Position numbers and translations under genes: made by a program. From IMG/VR virus record IMGVR_UViG_3300017783_000009: a stretch of 20,000 nt of DNA, one strand, 5' to 3'. Under the pieces are notes generated by a model. The model saw only the letters and a program-made list of their open reading frames with translations, was not told where the DNA came from and did no database searches. Of this stretch, positions 1-7,448 are shown one piece after another (position 1 is the first letter of the stretch; each line of letters starts with the position of its first letter). This DNA comes from an uncultured virus (IMG/VR IMGVR_UViG_3300017783_000009). Lineage: Duplodnaviria > Heunggongvirae > Uroviricota > Caudoviricetes.

Positions 1-1413
1 TTAAAACTAGAATTTCAAGGCAGAGAATTTCAAACAGGCAGAGTAGAAAAATATGATAGCATACATTTCTTTCCAGTTATTCCATATGGTGTTACTAGTG
101 AAACAGGACCAGATGGTACTAGTTATATGTTTACATGCTTAACAATACCGAGTCTTGCAGCTATCGAAAATACAACATCTGCAGGTGAAGTACATGTAAA
201 GGCTGTTGCTACACTAGGAGAATTTGCAGAAAAGTTAGAAGTAGGATTAAATCAAGTTGAAAAGTCAGCAATTAATCCACCACAGCCGGATAAAAGGGAC
301 GCACCAACACTTGAGCCAAGAAAAACATGGCAAATAGAATTTGGTGATACAAGTGGATTTTCTTTAGATCAAATGCCTATAACATTTGCTAACAGTTCTG
401 GCACTGCTAAAAATACCGAAGACTCTGATAAAATCGATGTAAGGATTCCACACAACAGTAATGTTGTTTCATTTGTTAAAACGTTTATTACAAGACAATC
501 GGCTTGGAATGAATATGTAAAAAAAGCACAAGACGAAGGATACACTACACCTACAATAGAAATCACACAAGAAGTTGTAGGCACGTCTGGCAAAAAAGAC
601 AAACCAGATAATGTTACTCAACAAAAACCAATTACAACAATAATTACTATTGGCATTAAGCAAAGATACGGTGTTGTAAGGACAGATGGATCAGACAATG
701 GAAAATTATCAGACAAAAGTTATCAACAGACAAGATTTGATAAACTTCCCATAGTAAAAAAATATGATTATCTTTATACAGGTAAAAATACAGAAGTTCT
801 AAGTTATTCTGCACAATTTAACATGCTATTTTCTATAAGCACAGACCCTAGACTTGCTTTTAATACAAGTAACAATCAAGTCGAGAAAGCTGGAACAAAT
901 TTACTACCTGCTGTATATTTGAGTGATATACCTGTTAATACAAATTCTCTAAATGTAATGGAAAACTTACCAAGAGATTATATAGTAAACACTCCAATAG
1001 ATCAACAGCTTACAGAAGAAACAATTACAGTAAATCAAAGAGAAGCAGCATATGCAGAAAGCTATGCTAACAGAACCGCAGATACGCAAATTATCGAAGT
1101 AGATATTATAGGTGATCCTTATCTATTAGGAGTACCCGGTGTGACAATTTCAGGCATGCCTAGTAAAACATTAAAAAATATAAATGCTACCAGCGATATA
1201 TTTGTTGCATTTGTGAGTTATTTTCCATTAAATAAAAACACATTGGATAATGCGTTTGACAAAGGTCCTATGGATTTATACACAAGTGGTGTATATGAAC
1301 TTAGAGAAATTGAACATAGATTTCAACAAGGACAGTATGTAAGTAAATTACGTATGTACAGAGACCATAAATCAAGCACATATTTTTTACAAGAGGAATT
1401 AAAGAATTTATAA
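1..1413 (+). CDS. Baseplate hub protein, T4 gp27 / P2 gpD / VgrG N-terminal-like (5' partial)
   Basis: Frame 1 is open from base 1 (LKLEFQGREFQTGRVEKYDSIHFFPVIPYGVTSETGPDGTSY) into the ATG at 127, so the true start lies upstream of the window. C-terminal motifs IEVDIIGDP and SGVYELREIEHRFQQGQYVSKLRMYR match the hub-type pattern G-x-Y-x-[VL]-x-x-[VI]-x-H-x-F. It sits immediately upstream of the gp5-like gene with a TAATG overlap. Confidence 0.7.
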   Translation, partial: LKLEFQGREFQTGRVEKYDSIHFFPVIPYGVTSETGPDGTSYMFTCLTIPSLAAIENTTSAGEVHVKAVATLGEFAEKLEVGLNQVEKSAINPPQPDKRDAPTLEPRKTWQIEFGDTSGFSLDQMPITFANSSGTAKNTEDSDKIDVRIPHNSNVVSFVKTFITRQSAWNEYVKKAQDEGYTTPTIEITQEVVGTSGKKDKPDNVTQQKPITTIITIGIKQRYGVVRTDGSDNGKLSDKSYQQTRFDKLPIVKKYDYLYTGKNTEVLSYSAQFNMLFSISTDPRLAFNTSNNQVEKAGTNLLPAVYLSDIPVNTNSLNVMENLPRDYIVNTPIDQQLTEETITVNQREAAYAESYANRTADTQIIEVDIIGDPYLLGVPGVTISGMPSKTLKNINATSDIFVAFVSYFPLNKNTLDNAFDKGPMDLYTSGVYELREIEHRFQQGQYVSKLRMYRDHKSSTYFLQEELKNL

Positions 1414-2630
1414 TGGCAGGACCAGGATATAACGTAAAAGGATCAAAAAGTAGACCGTCAATGTCTACTAGAGATGAGAAGTTTGGTATTAACAACATCA
1501 CAGGTGTATACGTGGGAACAGTTGTTAATAATGCAGATAGTCTGTACACAGGTAGAATAAATGTTAGAATACCCGAGTTTGGTAGCCCAGTAGATGGTGA
1601 GGATGTTGGAACAATTTGTTTGCTTACAACTCCATACGGTGGTATAACAAGCATCAAAGGTAGCAGCCAAGAAATTACCAATTACGATGAAAGTCCAAAA
1701 AGTTATGGCATGTGGCCGCAGCCACCAGAAGTAGGGACACAGGTTGTTGTAGCATTTACTGGTGCAATGCATCAAGGTATACTAATAGGTAGCCTTATTG
1801 CAAAAGATAGAAACTATATGATGGGCGGCAATGCTAGCAGTTTGTCTTATGCAGGTGATACACAAACTGTAACACCATCTAGTGAAAAAAATCCATACGA
1901 CACTGTTGATCCAGATACAAGACCAGCAGATCCAGGATCAGCTATTAATTTAGTTGAACAAGGACTAGCCGGTGATTTGTTAAGAGGACACAGTCAAAGT
2001 AGTGCAAGAAGAGAAAGTCCAAGTAAGGTTTTTGGAATTACAACCTTAGGCGGTCATACGCTTACATTAGACGATGGCGATGCTGAAGGCATTAGTAAAA
2101 ACATTCGTATTAAAACCAGAGGTGGTGCTCAAGTTTTAATGGACGATACAACAGGCACAGTGTTTATCAACAACCATGCTGCAAATGCTTATATAGAAAT
2201 GGACAAAGATGGACGTATAGATATATACAGTCAAGAAGGTGTAAGTGTGCATACAGAAGGTGATTACAACATACACGCAGGCGGTAATATCAATATGCAA
2301 GCTGATTTAGGTATTAACATGAAAAGCACAGGTACAGGAATTAAATTGCATAGCACAGTCGGCAACATAGATATTCATTCACAAACTGATATAAATTTAC
2401 AAGCAGACGGCAACGGTAACTTATTAGTCGCAGGAAACTACACAGAAACTGCCGGAAGGATAGACATGAACGGACCGCAAGCAGGTAGTACAACTGATCC
2501 TACATCAAGCCAGTTAGGAGAAAACACAGGTGTAAAAGAAAGTGTTGCAACAAGAGTTCCAGAACATCATCCTTGGAAAGGTGCAACAGGTCAATATGAA
2601 AAGTTTACAACAGGAGAAGGTAACAAGTAA
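1413..2630 (+). CDS. Baseplate central spike, T4 gp5 / VgrG / gpV-like (OB-fold plus beta-helix, no lysozyme domain)
   Basis: N-terminal OB-fold signature (GVYVGTVVNNADSLYTGRINVRIPEF ... YGMWPQPPEVGTQVVVAF). This is followed by GHTLTLDD/GAQVLMDD strands and ~8-residue beta-helix repeats (HTEGDYNI/HAGGNINM/QADLGINM) ending in GRIDMNG. Confidence 0.85.
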   Translation: MAGPGYNVKGSKSRPSMSTRDEKFGINNITGVYVGTVVNNADSLYTGRINVRIPEFGSPVDGEDVGTICLLTTPYGGITSIKGSSQEITNYDESPKSYGMWPQPPEVGTQVVVAFTGAMHQGILIGSLIAKDRNYMMGGNASSLSYAGDTQTVTPSSEKNPYDTVDPDTRPADPGSAINLVEQGLAGDLLRGHSQSSARRESPSKVFGITTLGGHTLTLDDGDAEGISKNIRIKTRGGAQVLMDDTTGTVFINNHAANAYIEMDKDGRIDIYSQEGVSVHTEGDYNIHAGGNINMQADLGINMKSTGTGIKLHSTVGNIDIHSQTDINLQADGNGNLLVAGNYTETAGRIDMNGPQAGSTTDPTSSQLGENTGVKESVATRVPEHHPWKGATGQYEKFTTGEGNK

Positions 2631-3349
2631 TGCCAGTAATAAACTTACCAAATATTATTACAGATGATATGCTAATTGATTACACTATTTTTAATGTAGT
2701 CAATACTTCCTATGTGAATGATACCAAACCTACAAAAGAGTTTGAAGCAAGTGAAGAATTAGTTAATTTTATTCTTAGAACAGAAAATTATACACCGTAC
2801 TCGTATTTAGATATTGACGGCGTAATGAAAATAGGATATAATCTAAACATCAATACAGACAGTAATGGACTCACAGAAGTAGAAGCCCATAACATTTTTA
2901 TTGATCAATTAAAAATAGCAGAAAGAAAACTAAAACAATTATTACCAATAGAAACTCTTTCCCAATCACAATATGATACATTATTAAGTGTTTATTATAA
3001 AACTGGTGACTTTAAAAAAATAGGAACCGAGCAACGTAAATTTGATGTATATGATTATGTTAAAAATAAGCAATGGAATTACTATGCTACTGCACTAACA
3101 AACTGTGGCAATAATAGAAGTACACGACAACTAGAAGCAAGAATACTAATGCTAGGCGATTATGGTAATGAGAAAAAAAGAGACTTTATCAAAGCTGCAA
3201 GTTTAAAAGCACTAGAAAGAGATTACCCTCTAAAAATGAAATCTGATAAACAAAAGTTGCAAGCAGAAAGAGTTTACTTTGTAGAAACAAGCCGCTTCCT
3301 ACCAGGAATGGATCAAGCAAGAATGCGCCTAGTAAAACAATTAGGTTAA
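2630..3349 (+). CDS. GH24 (phage lysozyme)-like tail-associated protein with atypical active site
   Basis: SEELVNFILRTENYTPYSYLDIDGVMKIGYN (E-x8-D-x5-K), LSQSQYDTLLSVYYKTG (cf. LTQNQFDALVSFxFNxG) and STRQLEARIL (cf. RRxAExxLF). Coupled to the spike gene by TAATG. Confidence 0.75.
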   Translation: MPVINLPNIITDDMLIDYTIFNVVNTSYVNDTKPTKEFEASEELVNFILRTENYTPYSYLDIDGVMKIGYNLNINTDSNGLTEVEAHNIFIDQLKIAERKLKQLLPIETLSQSQYDTLLSVYYKTGDFKKIGTEQRKFDVYDYVKNKQWNYYATALTNCGNNRSTRQLEARILMLGDYGNEKKRDFIKAASLKALERDYPLKMKSDKQKLQAERVYFVETSRFLPGMDQARMRLVKQLG

Positions 3350-3355
3350 TAAATA
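3349..3355 (+). promoter_or_regulatory. T4-late-like promoter core (ATAAATA) upstream of the HNH gene
   Basis: TAATAAATA overlaps the lysozyme stop codon and resembles the T4 gp55 late consensus TATAAATA. TAAATA recurs in the other two intergenic gaps. Confidence 0.55.
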
Positions 3356-3365
3356 TAGTTGAATC

Positions 3366-3370
3366 GAGGA
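3366..3370 (+). promoter_or_regulatory. Shine-Dalgarno GAGGA for the HNH gene
   Basis: GAGGA lies 7 nt upstream of the TTG at 3378. Confidence 0.6.
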
Positions 3371-3377
3371 ACATGTT

Positions 3378-3926
3378 TTGCCCAGTGTATTACTTTTAAA
3401 TGCAGATGCATTACCATTGAGTCTATTACCACTAAGCACAATCAGTTGGCAAAGTGCTATCAAGACAATGTTTGGACAAAAAGTTCATGTAGTAAAAAAC
3501 TATGAAGGTAGATACATAAGGTCTACAAGTTTAAGCATACCCATGCCCTCTGTGGTGATGCTCAGTAAATATCACAAACAACCAGCAAAAGCAAAATACA
3601 CACGCCGCAATGTTTACATAAGAGATGATTATCGATGTCAATATTGCGGTAATTCTTTTAGTCACGACAATCTTACGTTAGATCATGTTAGGCCTAAATC
3701 AAAAGGCGGCAAACTGGGATGGACTAATACAGTTGCAGCATGTGGACCATGTAATGTTAAAAAAGGTAGTAAAATTATTAAACCACTTAATATACCATAT
3801 AGACCAACATGGCACGAAATAAACAACAACAGCAAGTATTATCCACTTAGTATACCGGATCCTAGCTGGCAAGATTTTATAAATTGGCCAGAAGATCAGC
3901 TTAAAATTGTCCCGTTAAGTATATAG
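3378..3926 (+). CDS. HNH endonuclease (McrA/COG1403-like, Zn-binding)
   Basis: TTG start with SD. N-terminal VLLLNAD..PL motif, then RRNVYIRDDYRCQYCG, LTLDHVRPKSKGG and WTNTVAACGPCNVKKG, giving an intact CxxC / DH / N / CxxCN core. TAG stop. Confidence 0.93.
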   Translation: MPSVLLLNADALPLSLLPLSTISWQSAIKTMFGQKVHVVKNYEGRYIRSTSLSIPMPSVVMLSKYHKQPAKAKYTRRNVYIRDDYRCQYCGNSFSHDNLTLDHVRPKSKGGKLGWTNTVAACGPCNVKKGSKIIKPLNIPYRPTWHEINNNSKYYPLSIPDPSWQDFINWPEDQLKIVPLSI

Positions 3927-3938
3927 TTAATTTTTCAC

Positions 3939-3945
3939 ATAAATA
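3939..3945 (+). promoter_or_regulatory. T4-late-like promoter core (ATAAATA) upstream of the gp25-like gene
   Basis: CATAAATAGTTGT directly precedes the ATG at 3951 and is itself preceded by a T-tract (TTAATTTTT). Confidence 0.65.
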
Positions 3946-3950
3946 GTTGT

Positions 3951-4334
3951 ATGAGTAATATTATTGGCTATACAACAAAAAATACAAAATCTACTGCAAA
4001 AATTCTTGTAGGTTTAGATCTTGCAATGCAAGACCTCGAAAACCATTTCCACATTCGCAAAGGCGAAAAGTGGACGAACCCAGAGTTTGGTAGTAACCTA
4101 CCTTATTTGGTATTCCAACCTTTAGATGATCTTACTATAAACGAAATAGAAGAAGATGTGATTAGCATTGTTAATTACGATCCACGCTTTCAATTAAGCG
4201 ATTCTACTATTACTATAGATCAAGATGCACATTTTGTATATGTAAGTGCTAATTTAATATATCTCCCTACTAAAACTGCAACAGAGTTGCAACTTAAATT
4301 TGATAAAGAGTTTGAAGAAACTCTAGAGTATTAA
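3951..4334 (+). CDS. Baseplate wedge subunit / sheath initiator, T4 gp25 (GPW_gp25) family
   Basis: DLENHFHIRKGEKWTNPEFGSNLPYLVFQPL ... IVNYDPRF matches the gp25 signature (GER..P.FGS.L..L.F.P ... EPR). 127 aa, directly upstream of the gp6-like gene. Confidence 0.9.
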   Translation: MSNIIGYTTKNTKSTAKILVGLDLAMQDLENHFHIRKGEKWTNPEFGSNLPYLVFQPLDDLTINEIEEDVISIVNYDPRFQLSDSTITIDQDAHFVYVSANLIYLPTKTATELQLKFDKEFEETLEY

Positions 4335-4335
4335 A

Positions 4336-7300
4336 ATGGCACAAAACACTAGACAAACAAAACTATTTGCGGCCGAAGACTACACAGTAGTATACGATAG
4401 CTTTATCAATGCAAATTTACAAGCATATGATTTTGACACTATACGTTCTGCTATGGTAGACTATGTTCGCAACAACTATCCTGAAAATTACAACGACTGG
4501 ATTGAATCAGCAGAATTTGTTGCACTACTTGATGTAGTTGCACAGTTTGGACACAACTTGGCTTTTAGGGTTGATTTAAACACACGCAACAACTTTTTAA
4601 GTACAAGTGAAAGACAAGAAAGTATATTTAAACTAGCAGAATTTTTAGGCTACACACCAAAAAGAAATGTGCCAGCATTTGGTGAAATGAAGATTGTCAG
4701 TGTAAAAACAAACGAAGCAGTAATTGGTAGTGACGGAACAAGTTTAGGTGGTAAAGAATTAAGATTTGAAAACACATCTAATGTAAACAGCATGGATGAT
4801 TTTATCACTGTTATGAATGCATTAATGCAAGACAGTAACACATTTGGTAGTCCTGTAAAACAAACAATTATTGATAACATCACTCATCAATTTTACAAAT
4901 TAAAGAATAATGTTAATCAAATTAAATTTAACTTAATTGGTAGTGCTGCTGGTACTTCTAGTGTGTTTAATGTAGTAGGACTAGATGTAAACCAAAGAAG
5001 TATTATTGAAGAAGTTACACCAGATAAAAACAATGCATTCAGTATTGTATACAAAAATGACGGTCAAGGTATAACAAGTGCAAACACAGGATTTTTAGTT
5101 GGACTAAAGCAAGGCGATTTACAATCTAGAGATTTTCCTATTTCAGATCCTATATCAAATATGAAACTTGATATAGACGTTTCAGATATCAACAACAGTG
5201 ACGTATGGGTAGCTACCGTTAACGACACAGATGATACATTAACATATTGGACTAAAGTAGAAAATGTATATGGACAAAATGAAATTTACAATGCATTGCC
5301 AGGAACAGACAGAAATATATTCAGTGTAAAGACACGTGAGAATAATCAAATAAGTGTATGCTTTAGTGATAGTAATTTTGGTAATCCACCTAAAGGAATT
5401 ATTAGAGTATGGTTTAGAACAAGTGTTAACAATACATACACTCTACGTCCTGATGATTTAGGACCACAAAAAATTACAGTAAACTATATTGGCTCAGACG
5501 GTAATCAATATCAAGCAGTTATGGGATTACAATTAAAATCACCAATTGTTACAGCATCAGAAAGCGAAACTGCTAACAGTATAAAAGAGAATGCACCTCG
5601 TTTTTATAGTTCCCAAGGTAGAATGATCACTGCAAGTGATTATAATAATGTAATTCAAACACAAAGCGAAGATGCACTCAAGATAAAATCTATTAATAGA
5701 ACACACAGCGGACACAGCAGATTTCATCATACAATGGATCCAACAGGTGCATACACAAGTGTAAACATATTCAATAAAGACGGTAAAATATATGCATACA
5801 ATGTTACAAACAATATATCAACTGCAACTAATGAATCGTCTAGTCAAGTTTACAACAAGTATTTAAAAAATATTTTTAACAACAGTGAGTTTTTAAATTT
5901 ATACTATACTAAGTTTCCTTTTGATAGTTTAAAGCCAGCAGGCTATAACACAAACACATATGAATGGATACCAACTGGCTCAAATGCTTTAGGTGCAAAC
6001 AATGGTTACTTTTTAGAAGGACCTGATTATGTAAAAGTAGGAAGCTCTCAGGCAGCATATACTAAACACATAGAAGTAGGTAGTTTGATTGAGTTTTCAG
6101 ATGCTAACGATAGTAATCCTATGTGGGCAAGAGTTGTAAGAATATACAACAACGGACTGGGTATATATGATGTAAATGGTGACGCTACAGGTCTTACTTC
6201 AGTAGGCAAAGGTAGTATTGTTTTAGATAGTGATATTCCGCCAACCAAATATATCAAATCAATATATCCTGCATTTAACAGAGTGTTCAGTGATAGAGAA
6301 ACACAAATTATACTAAATTTTTTAAAGTCACAAAAAACTTTTGCAATATATTATAACTTCGAAAAAACAAGTTGGGAAATATTTGAACCAGGTGTAGATG
6401 CAGTAAACACTAATCCATTTGCTACTTATAATACAACACAGTTTGACGAAAACTGGTTAGTTTGGTTAGAGTATAACAATGGTTCATATGATATATTAAC
6501 AAGAACAATTAGATTTGAATTTGGTAGTGCTAATGTTGAGTTCAGTAATATATCAAACGAATACGAACTAGACACTTACACATTAAAAAGAGAAAAAGAC
6601 ACAATTACAGTTTTAAATGATCAATTTGATCCAGCAGGAACATTTTTCATAAGTGGGTATTTTATTGACCAGAATGGTATATCAAATTCCCATAGAGTAA
6701 TTATATCTTTAGAAGATTCAAACAACGATGTAAGACCAAATAATCCAAGAGCATTTGATGATATTATATCAGGTGACCAAATTGACGTTGATTATAATGA
6801 AGACGGTGTCCTAGATACAGTAGATGGTAAACAAAACTTAAGATTCGAATGGCAACACAACCCAGACAGAAATGTTCTAGTAGATCCTAGTTTCACTAAT
6901 GTTATAGATGTTTTTGTATTAGGTCGTACATATGATGCTGATTTTAAACAGTATCTACTAGGTAAAAAAGACATACCTAATCCTCCAACAAGTAATCAGT
7001 TATCTAAAACATTTGCAGATGTTGCAAATGTAAAAGCAATGAGTGACAGTGTTGTTTATAGAAGTGTAACATATAAACCATTGTTTGGTAATACTGCACA
7101 ACCACAATTAAAAGCTAGGTTTAGAGTAATTAAATTACAAACTAGCACAGCTACAGACAATGATGTAAAAACTAAAATAATTGAAAAAATTAATGAATAT
7201 TTCAAAATTGAGAATTGGGACTTTGGTGAAACATTTTATTTCACAGAACTTGCTGCATTTGTTCACAAAGAGCTAAGTGGATTAATCAGTAGCTTTGTAA

Positions 7301-7446
7301 TTGTTCCACAAGGAGCAGATAGCGTATTTGGTGATTTGTTTGAAATCAAACCAATGAGTAGTGAAATATTTATACCAGATGTAAAAATAGAAGACATTGA
7401 TATTATTGATGCAATCACAGATACAAATATTAGAGCAGGACAGTAA
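4336..7446 (+). CDS. Baseplate wedge subunit, T4 gp6 / P2 gpJ-like (enlarged, 1036 aa)
   Basis: N-terminal YDFDTIRSAMVDYVR...NDW.ES..VALLDVVA...NNFLSTSERQESIFKLAEFLGYTPKR, central FSDSNFGNPP and ETANSIKENAPRFYSSQGRMITASDY (gp6 'R.VT..DY' motif), C-terminal INEYFKIENWDFGETFYFTEL. Confidence 0.88.
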   Translation: MAQNTRQTKLFAAEDYTVVYDSFINANLQAYDFDTIRSAMVDYVRNNYPENYNDWIESAEFVALLDVVAQFGHNLAFRVDLNTRNNFLSTSERQESIFKLAEFLGYTPKRNVPAFGEMKIVSVKTNEAVIGSDGTSLGGKELRFENTSNVNSMDDFITVMNALMQDSNTFGSPVKQTIIDNITHQFYKLKNNVNQIKFNLIGSAAGTSSVFNVVGLDVNQRSIIEEVTPDKNNAFSIVYKNDGQGITSANTGFLVGLKQGDLQSRDFPISDPISNMKLDIDVSDINNSDVWVATVNDTDDTLTYWTKVENVYGQNEIYNALPGTDRNIFSVKTRENNQISVCFSDSNFGNPPKGIIRVWFRTSVNNTYTLRPDDLGPQKITVNYIGSDGNQYQAVMGLQLKSPIVTASESETANSIKENAPRFYSSQGRMITASDYNNVIQTQSEDALKIKSINRTHSGHSRFHHTMDPTGAYTSVNIFNKDGKIYAYNVTNNISTATNESSSQVYNKYLKNIFNNSEFLNLYYTKFPFDSLKPAGYNTNTYEWIPTGSNALGANNGYFLEGPDYVKVGSSQAAYTKHIEVGSLIEFSDANDSNPMWARVVRIYNNGLGIYDVNGDATGLTSVGKGSIVLDSDIPPTKYIKSIYPAFNRVFSDRETQIILNFLKSQKTFAIYYNFEKTSWEIFEPGVDAVNTNPFATYNTTQFDENWLVWLEYNNGSYDILTRTIRFEFGSANVEFSNISNEYELDTYTLKREKDTITVLNDQFDPAGTFFISGYFIDQNGISNSHRVIISLEDSNNDVRPNNPRAFDDIISGDQIDVDYNEDGVLDTVDGKQNLRFEWQHNPDRNVLVDPSFTNVIDVFVLGRTYDADFKQYLLGKKDIPNPPTSNQLSKTFADVANVKAMSDSVVYRSVTYKPLFGNTAQPQLKARFRVIKLQTSTATDNDVKTKIIEKINEYFKIENWDFGETFYFTELAAFVHKELSGLISSFVIVPQGADSVFGDLFEIKPMSSEIFIPDVKIEDIDIIDAITDTNIRAGQ

Positions 7447-7448
7447 CA

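Noticed and set aside
9..43. Short tandem duplication AGAATTTCAA/AGGCAGAG (EFQGR-EFQTGR)
   Set aside because: Only two short imperfect copies inside a coding region, with no array structure. It is not CRISPR-like and is probably a trivial slippage event.
3373..3399. Out-of-frame ATG mini-ORF (MFCPVYYF*) overlapping the HNH start
   Set aside because: The ATG is only 2 nt from the SD, too close for efficient initiation. The TTG at 3378 has optimal spacing.
3350..3950. HNH as part of a group I intron or an RNA-guided (IscB/HEARO-type) system
   Set aside because: The flanking non-coding gaps are only 28 and 24 nt, leaving no room for a structured RNA. The neighbouring genes are intact and no RuvC motifs are seen.
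1..7446. Interpretation as a bacterial T6SS, eCIS or tailocin locus (VgrG-, TssE-, gpJ-like genes)
   Set aside because: T4-late-like TAAATA promoters, T4-type gp6 motifs, the giant wedge protein and fibre genes, and the absence of Tss/Afp accessory genes fit a large lytic phage better.
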